Source of the DNA: Lingula anatina
Taxonomy: Eukaryota; Animalia; Brachiopoda
Assembly (NCBI GenBank): GCA_051362555.1
Contig: CM120645.1
Coordinates: 9,362,001-9,426,000 of the forward strand
Reading direction: 5' to 3'
DNA: 64,000 nt
The notes below the pieces were generated by a model. It had not been told where the DNA came from. It did no database searches and saw nothing but the letters and a program-made list of their open reading frames with translations. How positions within the stretch are numbered: the first letter of the stretch is position 1; each line of letters opens with the position of its first letter. This document shows, piece by piece, positions 41,160-55,444 of the stretch. The position numbers and the translations under genes are program-made.

Positions 41160-41513
41160 ATACATAGTTATCTGAATAAGGCTACCACCGTCTCGTTAAT
41201 ACACACAGTTAGAAAGCCGGTATCGATCCTATCTGTAAACACAAACTTAATGAGACCCTAAAGGTACATTTGTCCTTAAAAGCGGGAAATGATGTGATTT
41301 TTCAGACGCCATCGGAAGGTGGTGCCTATTTTCCTAAACTGCTTTTTTTCGGAGAATTTTGAACGTTGCAGTGACCCTTATTCTACGTGGGCGAGACTGC
41401 TTTTTATCTATCCTTCACATTTTGGACAGAAAATAAGTGGATCTACCTTCCGTTCATGGACTAATTCTAGGTCTTGTCCTGTAACTTAACTCAGGATGAC
41501 GAAGATATTGTAA
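41160..41513. repeat. Left arm of a diverged inverted repeat of about 360 bp (partner 45126-45495)
   Basis: For example gcgggaaatgatgtgatttttcaga vs tctgaaaaatcacatcatttcccgc, and tcaggatgacgaagatattgta vs tacaatatcttcgtcatcctga. Confidence 0.85.
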
Positions 41514-41673
41514 GTTTAAAGAGTATTTTATCAACTTCTGTATCATATCCGGTATAAAGAAGCCAAGGGCCCCAATAGATTCTCACAGGTCAGCGTTAGC
41601 GTAACGTTAGTGGGTCAAAATCTAGGACGGACCTAACCGGAACAAATCAATGGAAACCGGATCCCGTGCGAAC

Positions 41674-41831
41674 GGGGGCGTCTCGATAGTCCGAAGGTTC
41701 ATTGGTTCGAAAAACGGTAACATTTTCATCGGTTTTTTAATCAAGGGTTCATTGGTCCGAAGGTTCTGTAGTGAACATTCGGACCGATGAACCTTCGGAC
41801 TATTGAACCTTCGGACTATTGCTACGGCCCC
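41674..41831. mobile_element. Small TIR element with 8-9 bp TSD and internal 15-bp repeats, nested in another MITE
   Basis: (c)gtgcgaac flanks both sides; ends GGGGGCGT / ACGGCCCC; repeats aaccttcggactattg and their inverse. Confidence 0.8.
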
Positions 41832-43749
41832 GTGCGAACCAGGACTTTCTCACACATGAGACCAAATTTAAATCTGCGTTGACTGACACCGACGAAAAAG
41901 GATTTCACACCTGTGACTTGTAAATCCTATTTTTAAGATTCCGAACGTTGTCAGGCTTTGTTGTTTTCCTATCGACAAACTTTTTACAGCTCGTGAACAT
42001 TTTTTTCAGTAAATGCAGTTATATCTCACTTCTACTCACCGAGAGTAGAATATCATTATTAATAACCTTTAGCGTATATAAATTCTGTTTTAAATTAATT
42101 TGCATATAAACACACGCAACCCTATAAAGTTACCCCTAAGCAAACCAAAAAGTAATTAGTTTTTAAAAATAGATATATGGATCTCAAAATGTATAGTTGG
42201 AGCTACCATCGAACTGTGTACATGCAAATCGCGGAAGTAGATGCAAGTTGTGAAACCACCCCAATTGTCCAACCTAAACGTATTTCGATGTGACAAGAGC
42301 CTTAAGTCCGTCTCACAAATACTTTTAATTTTTAAAATTCAAAAATAAAAACCACAACGTTCCTACGGTCTCAAGACTTTCTAACTTCTGATAGATAATC
42401 AATTTCCGCATTAAACTGTTCAGTCCCTCGTGAAGAGATATGCTTGTGTTAAAGTGCTCAATAAATACGAGGTCAATGGAAGTATATCTGTCTATAATCC
42501 CATGAATAAACCACCCAAAATCGTGCCCTCAACTTTTTGATCTGACCCCCCTCCCCCCCCCCCCCCCGGCAAAGGCAAGGGCAGCTGCCACTAGGGGGTT
42601 GTCCATTTTCTCGACAAATGTCTCGACCATCCATGAGACACTTCGAGCTGTCACGTTAGAGTTGACACTACGAGACGTGACACGCATTGTTTGACATTTC
42701 CGCTTCCGTCTTCCTCCGCGTCCCAGATAATATAACGGAAGTATTTTACACACAGGGTCTGTTTGTTAAGCGGAGCTTCATAGAAGCGATAGGCGTATCT
42801 TCCGTCTAGATAAAAAAATGTAGTCGTGGATCTATATAGGAAATTTCGGTATAAAGTGAAAGGGGTCTATGTTCCGTATCATGTAACAGGTAGGATATTC
42901 AATTCGAGACGGGATATTGACCGCTTTCAATTTACAGGCCCTACTAGTTTAACATGTATGTTTATTTAGCTGGATTCGAAACGGTTGAAAAAAAACATAA
43001 CATTTTCTCTATTACGTTTTTATACGACTTATCCTGAACATAAATTTACCAAGTATCTTTGATAAAAGAATAATAAGTATGTGTGAGAGAGAAGGAGTGT
43101 GGATAGATTAACACGATACAAAACGAGTTAAGGTGTATTCTACCCAAATTTCCAATGAAAAAATTTCCCGTTCCAACTATTATCCTGTTGTTAATGACAC
43201 TGATATTGCACGCAGCATAGTTTTTTAATATGTGTGCTAGGCCTTTCTTTTACATTATTTTCTCTTCCCCCTAATTATTGATCCTAGTTGAAAATTCTAA
43301 AAGGAATTATCTTCATGATCAAGACTCCTCGATAAAAAATGCACTAAGAAACAAGCCAGATTATTGAATGTTCTTTTATTGGTGGTATACAGTATCTCCA
43401 ACACTTTGATAATGATATCGTCGTAGGAATGTGGTGGTCTGGTCTTTTTTTTTTTCTTTAGATAATTTGCGTAAATTGTGGTTAAACGAAATTTAAACAG
43501 GGAATGAAGTTAATGATGAAAATTAGAAAGCCATGAATAATTAAACAGAACGAGCGAAATTTCCTGAAGCTTTATTATTGATGAATCACTAATTGTTTGA
43601 TAATGTTATAACCGCATTTTAGTGGTGGGCAAAATGGCTTTATTATTAATTACTGAGGGAAAGTGGTAAGTGAGAGTTCAATTTTCTGAATGAAGGTCAC
43701 ATTTATACAAATACGACGTTGTATTAGGTTTACACGTAGACGTACCCTT

Positions 43750-43867
43750 TACCAGGGCGGCAGATATTTTAGGCACATTTTCCACCAGCCAGTTAGAAGA
43801 TTGGCCATATTTAGCCAGAGACATTATCTGTGAATATGTAGTGAAAAATCAATCTGCGGCCCTGGTA
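43750..43867. mobile_element. 118-bp MITE-like element
   Basis: taccagggcggcagat ... atctgcggccctggta, 15/16 inverted match. Confidence 0.6.
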
Positions 43868-45125
43868 GAGGACAGCGTAAACGCACGTTACAGTGGCATA
43901 CGGAGTCTAACACGCTCCTCTCAATCGTAGAATCACGGCGGAAGTAGGTAGTAATTAGTAAAAACGGGGGGGGGGGGGGGGGCACAGAGGGCATGTCGAC
44001 AAATGACTGAAAATATCCATTTCTAATCTTTCTGAGAAAAAGGAATGCTTGGAAGAGGCCTGTCGGGATATCTGATGTAGGTCTTCAGCGGGAAACAAGG
44101 GGGTCATTCAAGGCCATTCACTTTACTGGGGTGCTGTACATCCCCTTCCAAGAAGACGGCGTTCTTGGACATGTGACCAGTCATACAAAGAACAGCGTCC
44201 TTACTCTTTCCACTCTTTGTTGGTCATTATGGTTTCATAAGTGAGGGCATCGCTCGAAAGAAAAAATAAAAGTCTAAAACACTACCTTAAAGCCATCAGT
44301 CCCCCGTATAGATTAGACAGCTTGTCATATATATGGACATTTATGAAAGTTTATGCACTCTTTTTCACCTATGAATAAAATATTTCTGATTATCAGTATG
44401 TACGAGAAAATTTTAGCCTTTTTGCACCATAACAAATCCATTTATTTTTGACACACCCGATTTTAGTACTCTTTCAGTCATTTCGGATTGCCACCGTTTT
44501 GATAATTTTGTCAATTAATTGAAGTATTGTAATAGCAAATAAATAAATAAATAACTTTGGAGTTCGGCATAACTGACTTAATATCAATCAACCTATTTTG
44601 TGTGTTTGTCATTTAATCTGGTTAACTGAATGTCGTACTACTCTGGAAGGAGAGGATATTAATAAAATATTTAACGTGACAGATGAAACGGCACGCTCCT
44701 CTCTGCGCAACACAGATTTAAATGTGATTATCAGTAATTGCAAGAAAAACATTGTCTTTGGGTGAAATATTACATGACAGAATTTTAAATCTGAGTAAGA
44801 GTCATAATGGAGAGTGGGAGGATTCTGAAATTTTAGTACTCATCATATTGTAAATGTACACAACTTGAATAATGATTTGCCGGAATTTACCAAAATCCCC
44901 ATTTGAAGTGAATGTGGGAAGAAACCCCGAGCCCCGTGTTTTTTTTTTTTTTTTTATTATTATTATTCATGTTTCTGCTTACGTAAATTTAGGCTCCACC
45001 TCCCCAAATTAAAATAATGTAAGCCGTGCAAAAATGACAACGGACATTACATATTTGAAACATTATACCATTAGTAATATTTATTTAAAGGCTACGATAC
45101 AGTTGATAAAATAATCTTTACATAT

Positions 45126-45495
45126 ACAATATCTTCGTCATCCTGAGTTTAGTTACAGGACAAGATCTAGATTTAGACCATGACCGGACTTATTTTCTAC
45201 CCAATAATAGGACAGATTATACCATTAGTAATATAATATAAAGATTCGTCTCACCCACGTACACAAAGGGTTTCTACAGCACTCAAAATTCTCCGAAAAA
45301 GGCAGTTTAGGAAAAAAGACACCGCCTCCCTCTGGTTTCTGAAAAATCACATCATTTCCCGCTTAAAGGACAAGTGTACGTACTTTTATGGCGAAAGTTT
45401 GTGCTCACTCGTAGCAACAGACAGGATCAATACCGGCTTTCTAACTATGTGTATTAACGAGGCGGCGGTGGCTTTATTCAGAAAATTGTGTACTT
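45126..45495. repeat. Right arm of the inverted repeat (partner 41160-41513)
   Basis: Reverse-complement similarity along about 360 bp. Confidence 0.85.
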
Positions 45496-48338
45496 TATAC
45501 AGATATAAATAGACGCAGGCTTGTGCCGTACTTCAACACCCGTCATGTATGCTGTTTGAACGGCCTGGTACCATTCATATAAATGCACAATTAAAACAGA
45601 AATCCTATCTTACTAAACCCACAGAATGAAAAACTTCTTAGATCAGCATCTCGGGGTTTAATATTCCGACCCATGAGTGAATAAGGCCCTTGATACATGT
45701 AGAACGCCTTTATATGTAGATAGAAAAATACGTTAAGTCTCTGTGGAAAGGAATTACCTTTTTAAAAACAATGCCTAAAATTCACTCACAAATGCGTGTA
45801 CGTCTCAGCACTGTCTACACGAACTGTCTGCTTAAATATTTACGAATGGTATCCTTTATTTTTTCTCATTGTTTAAATCATTTTGAATAAAAACGAATAT
45901 GACATGTACAGTTCTAAGAATGCTGGATAAGCTCCTTTTTAATGAATGGACTTCAAATCAATGAAAATAACCCCATTAAAATTTAATGCCTCTGCAGCAA
46001 AGTCATGCCCACTCCTGACTCCGAAGGTTAGAGAGCAGTGGAAAATATGTCCCTAAAGCTATTTACGAGTCTTATTTAATTAGGTAAATGCTGTTCAAAA
46101 TCCCCGATTAATTACATTCCTAAAAAATTGAGTGCAAATGAATTTTAAACGATTTATAGTAGGCAGAAACTTTTGAAATAGTTTTTTTTTTCAAACAATG
46201 GTAGTAAGTGACGTTGATAAACAATCGGAGTTTTGTCTCACATTTATTTGTTTTAATCATCAGACTGACATTTACTGCGTAGATTTAGCTAAAGCGTGTT
46301 TAATGTAATGCTAGAGGTCACTATGGCAACAGTTAAGATAGTTCACTGCGTCTATATACCTCACTTCCTTGTTTCACTTTTTTTCACTTAAATGGCCAAT
46401 TTTACAGAAAAGTAAGACGTAAGCACCATGCAGCGAATGTGGTGAACAGATCGATAAAAATAAAGACAAATTTAAGTGTTGTAAATGTGTACAGTCAATA
46501 CTGGCCCCACGTCTTACAATGTCGATAACAATTTTATGTTGCATTCTTCGAACCTATAAATCCTCTCAATAATAAAATGACGAGGAGTGAACAAAATCTG
46601 TTCTATCGTTATCAGAGACAAGAACATTGAACATACGTGTAAGCTCCCGTTGGCCTTTTACATAATTCAAACGTTGAAAACTTTGGCATACGTCATGGTT
46701 ATATAGACGCAGCATAATGGACATTTGAATTTACTCTTGGACCTACGCATACAAATATCCAGGCATAAAATTTTCTAGTATGATACGATTATGATAAAGA
46801 ATTATTTGGTCAAAATATATGAAATGCACAAAATCGGGAATTCAATGCGATGTAAAAGCGTCGTTGTGTTTAAAACTTTGAAAGTACATGTACTGTAGTG
46901 AGAATCAAGTAAGTGCAAGAATTTGTATTAATTTTTTTTTTTTTTTTTTTCAGTTCTATGTGCATCATATTTTTCAGTTTTTGCATCTAGCAGAATTGTG
47001 GAGCGAATTTTGTATCCGTATACAGATTTTTTTTTTATATTTAATAATCATATTTCACTGATACTGAAACATTTAGAAACCAAAGGACGTAAAATAAAAC
47101 ATCTAAACGTGAGGTTTCGCACGGAGGTTGACTGCATCTATACCGAAACATAGTCCTGTGGATTAGGGTGGAAAACTCGGAAATAAAAAAAAGTGAATAA
47201 AACGTCTGTTGAGTGAATAATTGGGTAAAAGTCTGCTCCCTCTGCTTTAATATAGTGCATGATTTAAAAAAAAAGTAGCCCTGTTAATTGTCGGAGCTTT
47301 GTTCAAAATATCTACAGGATGGAGGCAAAACGTAAGCGAACGAAAAAAGAAAAATTGTTGGTGCGATGCAGTTTTTAATGTGTTAATTAGTGTATTATAT
47401 CTCGACATACAAAGTTAAATTGGATGTCAAGATACCATTGTTCTTGACAAGCCTATCACGTAATACAAAGTCACAAAGCATTAAACGGTCGCTGTGAAAT
47501 ACAGAGACGCTCAGGAGAGAGAACCTTGTTCAGTCTGTGTAATAAATAGCACTGTGCCGTCAAAACTTACTTCCTGGTTTGAGGTCTGTTGATATTCCCT
47601 GGTGTAATCTTTATGTAAATATGGCGCATTTCTATTCCCCGTATCACCTCTGCCCAGGGTAGCAACGATTGTGAGTACTTCTCACGTGAGGGTATCAGAA
47701 CAATACCACACCTTCAAGTAACGTGCATCCAGGGTCGTTGGGATGCTCTGTGGCCAAACACAATATGTTGATGATACACACGCAAAACGTGTTATATGCA
47801 ATTCATTGGTATAAGTGAAGTCAAAACATGAATAGAAATACTCTGCTGTGCACTGTGTTGGTACTCTGTGTTTTATCAGATAAAAATATTTTATTGTAGC
47901 GTGTGTCACAAAGACTTACTCCAATGATCACCACAGTGATAAAGTTGATCGTTTGAGAACTTGGTACAATAGTGATTTTGAGCATAAATATCACTGATAA
48001 TTAAAATGGGATTTAATTACAGTCTACGCTGCCAAGGTCGTTTTTACGGAACTGTCTACAGGCATCTTAAGGAGGCTTATCCACCTTGGACCGACATCTG
48101 CGTTAAAATTGTTCCCCCGATTAACCTTTATTCTTTTTAATTCATTTATTATCATTTATTTTTAAAAATCCAACAGTTTGGTAATATTATCATTTAGAAT
48201 CATTATATATCTCTCCGTTTCTGAAACAATTTATTTCATTTTATAATTAGTCGACACCCATGTTATTCATTTCAGAAAAAAAATTGAGTGGATTTACAGT
48301 TCGTGAGTTCCATTTTATTTGCTTTAATAGATATCTAT

Positions 48339-48341
<3 letters not shown>

Positions 48342-48385
<44 letters not shown>

Positions 48386-48398
48386 GTGTGTGTGTGTG
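48342..48398. repeat. (CT)n then (TG)n microsatellite
   Basis: Direct reading. Confidence 0.9.
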
Positions 48399-51300
48399 CA
48401 TGACCCGTATGTCACGCACTGCAACCAAATCAAACGCTTGTCATACAATGGGGGTTCGAGTATCATACATGTCCAAAAAAACATGAAAAAAACAAGAAAT
48501 CTGACTCTCTCTAAAACAGATGGAAAATGTTTATCATTCTCTCATCATTAACCTTTTCTCTCAACACTAGCAGTCGATCATTGCTATTCTAGAGGATACA
48601 AGGAAGTCTTTCCCATAAAAACAAATTGAGTAAGATTTTCTAAACCTCAAAGCAATACTGTTTGGTGCAGAGAGTAGGGCTACATCACACTTGTTCCTGC
48701 CGAACACAGCAGGAATATCACCCCTTTAGGTAACCCAAACTCCAAAGCTGCTGAAGATTGAGCCTTAAAAATCATGCCTAAAATCCTGATGTAAGAATTG
48801 ATTGAGAGAAGAAGCAGACAATACTTTCATCTATTACGTTTATAGCTCAAATAAGTTCCTTTTTAAAATTGGTGGTATAAATACACGGTATAACTTATAA
48901 TTGCTAAACCTTGTGCACGGGCAACAGTGGAAATAAGCCTGTGGTCATCCTAGGATTTAAAGTTAGATTATTATTATTATCATTTCTCATTATATATACG
49001 AAATAAATCCACCCTATTATAATTTGGAGATATCAATGAACAGGAGACACCCTTCCATTCATCTAAGAGTGCAATTTTCTTCTAAAATTCGAAAAAGGGG
49101 GTGTTCACCCATTAGTCACTGTAAACTAAAATCCGGATACACAAGGTGGTAAAATTGCCTGATCCATCCATCTGTTTTGGAAAGGGGAAAATTAAGCCCC
49201 ACTCCCCTTCCCCCATATCCCCAAAGCCGCGTTCTAAATTTTATGAATCATATCACGGTGGCATGGTGGCAAAATTGATTTGATTAAATTCTGTATATTT
49301 CACGGACCGTTACTCATCTACATCTGATTTAATTTTTTTTTTTTTTTTTTTTTAGATGAGCTCAGAGGACACCTAGGGCAACCCTGTTACTGACGTATCT
49401 ATATAGAATCTACAGTCCTTTTTGCTTTATGGGCCCTATCTATATCAGAAATGTCTCTTATGGTTTCTTATGGTTTAAAATAGTGAGATTCGTACATGTA
49501 AGAATCTGTAGATTTGGATGTCTGAAAATGTCAGTCAAAGTCAGCCGAGGCCGTATACATTAACCATGTTGGTATACTGTCGCCACTTATACGGCAAGTA
49601 GTACATGTATACGGCAGTATGGCCACGCGAGAGTCCCCGGTTAGCAGGAATGGAAGTCCTCCCAATGGAAGTCCGGCGTCCCACATGATTAGTACAGGTT
49701 AGGGTTAGTTGGAGTATTGGGGTTAGTATATGGGACGAGTGTCAACTGTACAAAGTAATGGGAAGCGGACTGCGGTTCCCAGCTGACTTCCATTCCTGTT
49801 AAACCGGCTATGCCATCACCAAACTTGGGTCTTTCTACATCCAGTAGCTGTTTGTTAATTTACAAACCCTGTAATACTTTGAATAGTTTATTTGTTGTTT
49901 ATCTTTGAAACTATTCTTCTATAAATTGGCTTGTTGAATTCATGGTTCAGTCAATCTAGCGTTTTAGTTTACTATTTTTTAATTAGGTTTGATATACATG
50001 TATCATTGTATTACTTTGACTATTTTTTATTTTATTTATTTTTTCTTAATCTACTTATTCATCTTTTTAATTTGTGGTTTTGTTTCAGAGTACCTTAAAT
50101 ATTGCTTTTTGTTCGCTTAGAAAACCCTTGTGAGCTAAATTTTGTCATTGTATTTGTTTGCCGTTACTCCATGCAAACAATTCTTACATCAGAGGGTTAT
50201 TAAAGCCCTCTTTCTTATCTAATACAAGTAATTCCGGTTAAATGATTAACCTGATCTTCAAATACCGATATAATCAGTCCAATGTACACAATAACAAGTT
50301 CATCTGCGCGACCAACACTAAGAACAGGTTATAAAATAAGGCATGTAATGTTATTCAATTTGATATCTAAGGATTTGCGATATAAATAATCTTATTGCGT
50401 CGATCGCAAACTCTAATTTCACACAATAGACAAGACTTTGACGTAATTAAACCATAAATACAAGTTCTCATCGTGCTACAAATGAATACCCTGGCAGAAA
50501 TCTCGTTCAGTGACGTGGCGGTGTTTTTGCAACTTCTTTCCCCTTCGGCCTCGAATGCTTGTCTAGAGTGGAAGATTTCCCTTTGTTGTTAGTTCCTGTC
50601 ACGACCAGCTTCTTTGTCTTTTGTAATACCGGATGCTCATTTTCTTTTATACCTGCTACGCCTGTGGTCCATGGGATCAACTGAACGTAGTTTTACCCTA
50701 CTCCGTCTACGTGAACATCGAGTTTTAAAAAACATGAAGCAGTCTGAAAATTTGTGCCACATGCTATACTTAATGTATGCCTGTCACCTCGAAGGTCGCA
50801 ATGACTATTTTAACATTAGAATGTAAGAAAATCGTAACAAAAGTATCTGAACAGAAGAAGATCATGCCGGTGCACTAACTATTTTAGATTGAAAGCACTG
50901 TCTCTTTCAATTGTCTAAACAAAATCATGTTTTTTTTTTAAATAAACTTGTTATAGACATTGCGTAATTGATATAAGATTATAGGGGAATTATCAAAATC
51001 GTCAGGTTAATTCATATAAGGTACGCCTATATGCCAACGAATTTCCTCTACTACTGATGAATGTTATCTAATCTAAACCACAGTTTTCTTGTATTATTTA
51101 TGTGGCCACAACTGTTTCAAATCTTCCTAAAATACTGACATAGGCCCCTATATTTATATTTATACAAGGAAATCGTGAACTCAAATAACCGCTCAACATG
51201 AGTTGGCATTGTATTGTTGTAATATCACGGAAATAACAACACTGATGACAAAAACATACATACTGGGACAAGACAATAAGACATGAAAAGATAAGATTAA

Positions 51301-51430
51301 TCATTGGTATACAGAGTATTACAAAGTGTTTTTAACTTGTGTGTAATGAATATAATTTTTACGTTAATACGTAGTGACAGTTTGATGTAAAATAAACAAA
51401 GTATAAACAGCGTATTAATTCCATTATTAA

Positions 51431-51834
51431 TCATACTAACTGAAATTCCTGTTTTGTAGAACTCTCGGTGTTAAATTCCCCGACTGAACGCGGACAGCAG
51501 CACCCATAGAGAGCCAATCGCAGTCTATACAGTCCGTACAGCACGCATTGCACCAGCGGTACCGCAACCAGCGCAACTAGCACAGCGTAAATGGCTGCTG
51601 TGCCCGGAACATCCCAATCCAACTGGGGGTATATATACGACCCTTCCACGGCATTGGTTCCCTTTAAAACGTCGTAGACAACCGAAAATATGAGGTATAC
51701 TATAGCGTACAAAGAAGAATGTAGAAAGTGATAGATTCTCACTGGAGTTGCCGTAATGAAGATGTCGCCTAGCACATAAATGGCGTTCCCGAGGTGCGTT
51801 CCCACGTCCATGTAATGGATCTCACCGCCGGCAG
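51431..51834 (-). CDS. rost: Rolling stone-like multi-pass membrane protein, copy A, exon 4
   Basis: H..N....D......PVRIYHF, Y..FS..Y...GTN....YIYP.LDW motifs typical of rolling stone-like proteins; phase-1 acceptor tttcag|CT. Confidence 0.85.
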
Positions 51835-52110
51835 CTGAAAGAAGGAAAAAGAAGCATAATTTGTAAACTAAAAGATGTAAACCGCACTTTTTGTAGGATA
51901 TGTAACAGGGTAGTTTTTTTTAATTCAAAAGACATGTTTGAGACCAATTACGTTGCTGTTGTAGGCCTACACAAAACACCAAACCGTACACTGATATACG
52001 TAGGCATCTCATGGTCACTTTCAAAAAATAACACATTCCGAGTACCATGACAGTAATTGCCTTTCATCTAAATAATAATAATAATAATAATAATAATCTA
52101 CGGGAGATCA

Positions 52111-52144
<34 letters not shown>

Positions 52145-52263
52145 AGGTGAGATAAGAGTGCTAGCTGGAGCTACCAGGGCGATGACGCCATTGTGCAAAA
52201 AACCTCACACTACAGAAATGTGGACAGATTTAGCCTGGTGGAGGTAGATTGAACCTCACTCAC

Positions 52264-52389
52264 CTAATTTTGGGGGGATTCTAAGGCCCCAGTAGAGTGC
52301 AGCAACTACAATGGCGGCATTACTACTGATGTTATAGATGACCCACGCCATCTTTAGGTACCACGTCATAGCATGGTTTGAGACACCAT
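52264..52389 (-). CDS. rost: Rolling stone-like copy A, exon 3
   Basis: MTWYLKMAWVIYNISSNAAIVVAALYW; AG/GT sites in phase 1/1. Confidence 0.85.
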
Positions 52390-52531
52390 CTGAAAAAGGG
52401 AAATAATTTAATAAAAGCACTTCACTCATTTAAGTTATATTTGATGATGATGACTGTTTCGATAGCATTAATGTATGTATCTGTTTGACCATCAATTTTT
52501 TACATATGAATTAATATATATATATTCTTAC

Positions 52532-52757
52532 CATGTTTTCTACGTTTAACATAATGACTGATAGCCACCGCAGCTTGAATGATGGCGCTAACCGTCAGGA
52601 TGAGGTAGGACCAGTTGGTGAGGTAGATAAACCATTTAATGCGATTGGACTCGCTACTATACCAGCTGTAGGGTATGACGCCACTGAGAATTATCCACGT
52701 CACATGGAACAAGGCCCAGATAACGCGGTAGATGACGTAAGCAATTCCAAATCCTCC
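52532..52757 (-). CDS. rost: Rolling stone-like copy A, exon 2
   Basis: YVIYRVIWALF...KWFIYLTNWSY signature; 226 nt, phase 0/1. Confidence 0.85.
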
Positions 52758-53392
52758 CTGTAATGACAAGTTCTTTCTATAACATTTATGATTTCGTCGA
52801 GTTGGGCAAAAGGCCATCGTCTACGTTTTTTTTTTTTTTTTTTTTCAAATATTAGCATCAGGATATTTTTACATGCACCATTTTCTGGGCTAAAACTTAG
52901 ATCCAACATAGTGAAGACTTCTGAAGTCAAGACAGAAGTCAAATACTGTGACGACCTCGGCAATCTATCATAAGGCTGGTATTCAACCTTTAGTGTTCAT
53001 AACGCACACTGTTAATGGAGGGATAATTATATTAAAATTATGTAACAATGAAATATTAATTTTTGACAGTCTTCCAACCTTCAAGCGTTTGCCCCATAGC
53101 TCTTATTGACAAAGTACACCGGCACGCCTATAAATAATCCAGAGGCCACTTATACAATTACAATAATAACAATAATACATTAAATGTAAAGGGGGGACAA
53201 CTGTTGGAGAGAAGCACTGCTGACTGAGTCGCGTTTTCAAAACAGTCCTTACAAGGACTTAACTTATGTGCTTCTTAGTTTACATGTTGGTTCATGCTCG
53301 GACGATCACAAATATAACTACCTGTATAAAGGTATGTGGAGGGAGTGCAGAGAGCACACAACACAGATGATCATGAAAGGGTACGTCCATTA

Positions 53393-53638
53393 GGGGTTAT
53401 TCTCAATGAAACTATTGTATTACTTAGATCGATCCAACGCCGCGGGGACTCTCGCTGAATGCAATCAGATTATTACATTAACACGCCTCCTGGTGTTGAG
53501 AAGAATACAGAAAAGCTGGTACGTTGAAAACAAGATGAGACGTGTTAATCTGTTCAACTGATTGCGTTATATTCAGTGAGAGTCCCTGAGAAGTTAGATC
53601 GATCTACGTACACCGATAGTTTTATTGGGAATGATCCC
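53393..53638. mobile_element. Tourist-like MITE in copy A intron 1
   Basis: Imperfect TIR ggggttattctcaatgaaacta / tagttttattgggaatgatccc; tta/taa flanks. Confidence 0.7.
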
Positions 53639-54025
53639 TAAAACTTCCATGATATAGGAAGTACATTCTATATGGCGTATGGGCAGCGTGCATAGAAAGG
53701 CACGCCCATCACACATTGGAACTTGCACTAGTATGTATAATTAACACTTATAATACACTACATGCCTAGGCACCAATTACAAATAATTCCGATCTCCAAG
53801 GAAAGCACCTCACCTAATCACCAAGGATGAGATATAACGCCTTTACTTCACGGCCTATGTGGACGTATAAAAATTTACCCACGCCACTGGATTGCCATAC
53901 AGAAGTTTCCATCTATATTGCATAATTGGAGTATCTTACTGATTCAGCTGTGTAAAACCTGTATTGTAGTTGTCTTGGTGTATCTTATCCTAGGCTATTT
54001 GATCACAGTTCCGGTAATTACCTAC

Positions 54026-54124
54026 CTGGGCTGTGACGAACAATTGCGGGTTTTCATGACTGAGGCTGAAATTTCTCGGATGAAATTCTTCCGTGCAACA
54101 TTCTTTACAAGATTCCCTTGACAT
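54026..54124 (-). CDS. rost: Rolling stone-like copy A, exon 1
   Basis: MSRESCKECCTEEFHPRNFSLSHENPQLFVTAQ|gtaggt; total CDS 855 nt = 284 aa. Confidence 0.8.
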
Positions 54125-55395
54125 GTTATACAGTGTTAGAGAGGCAGCAACGTGTGAGTACCTTGTTGAGAGAAAGAAAGGCACTCTCTACTAGAGGCTG
54201 AGTGGGTGAATGCGGGTATGGGAGACCGGAAGAAGGTAATACGATGCCACTCAGTTATTTAGGTTGTTCCCCACAGTCGAGCGTAACCAGATGGTGTGAT
54301 ATCTTTGCCGCCCGGGGGGGGGGGGGGGGGGGGGGGGGGTAGCTAGGGGATGAAGTAGTAGAGGGAAGGTTAACTTGTTCATACCCGTAATAGTACACGT
54401 TAAAAATGAGCTATTAATAAATTTATAATGCCTCACAAATAACTTAACAGCATGCATTACGTTTCTTTTATTGTCATGTTGTACATTTTTATTGTATAAC
54501 ACATGCTAACAAAATACCAAAGTTAAGCGGAGGTTTTCTTTTACTGTATTTTCCAAAAATATTACAGAGTGGTGGCGAGTGTCGGGAATCGAAGATTAAA
54601 GGTTGGTTAATCCCGGAAAAATACTGTTTACCCCGGGATAAATCGTTAAATATTAATTTTGGTGCGAAAATCCTCTTTTGTGTCCTTTAAAATGCGCATA
54701 ATATGATTAGATTTAACTTTTCACTTCATACACTAAATTAAACACAGTACGCACATTTTACGTATGAGAAGTCACTCCTCTTTCATTTGAGTGGAGAGGA
54801 AACTTAATTTAAGCGTTTTATCAGTTTCAAATACAAAACGCAGGTTACAACACATTAATCCTAGTGGTTTCATACAACACAAAACATCATTTAAATTCAA
54901 TCCTATAAGAATGATAAATATTCCTCTTTATCAGTGTTTATCAGTGATCTCAAAATCGATAATAATAGTGTCCGGGGAGTCGTTTCTAATAAGTGGGTGG
55001 CCTATAGTAACAGAGGTGTCTCCGATTCCCAGTTTAAATCTCTTCCCTGCACTTGGTTTCTTTTTAAGGCAGAATAACGCCAGCAAGAGGTAATAATGAT
55101 AGTATAAGATGATCTATAAGCACTACTGGTTATGAAGAATATACAGTGCCCGTGACGTTATTACCAAGAACACGAGGCATCTTTTACAATAAGAAGGAAG
55201 GCGATACCTTGGGTATTTCTGCTTATTTTCCTTTTTTTCTCCAATGGATCATGTTGTGCATAAAAAGTGATACGTTTACTGGCGCATGTACTCGAAAACA
55301 TTTCTTAAAAAAGCAAAACAAAAAGGAAACTTGTTAAAAGGAAATTAATTTTTCTAATTAATGCAATACTTGATAGTTGAGAATAATCAGAAATG

Positions 55396-55396
<1 letters not shown>

Positions 55397-55442
<46 letters not shown>
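55397..55442. repeat. (TA)n microsatellite
   Basis: Direct reading. Confidence 0.95.
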
Positions 55443-55444
<2 letters not shown>

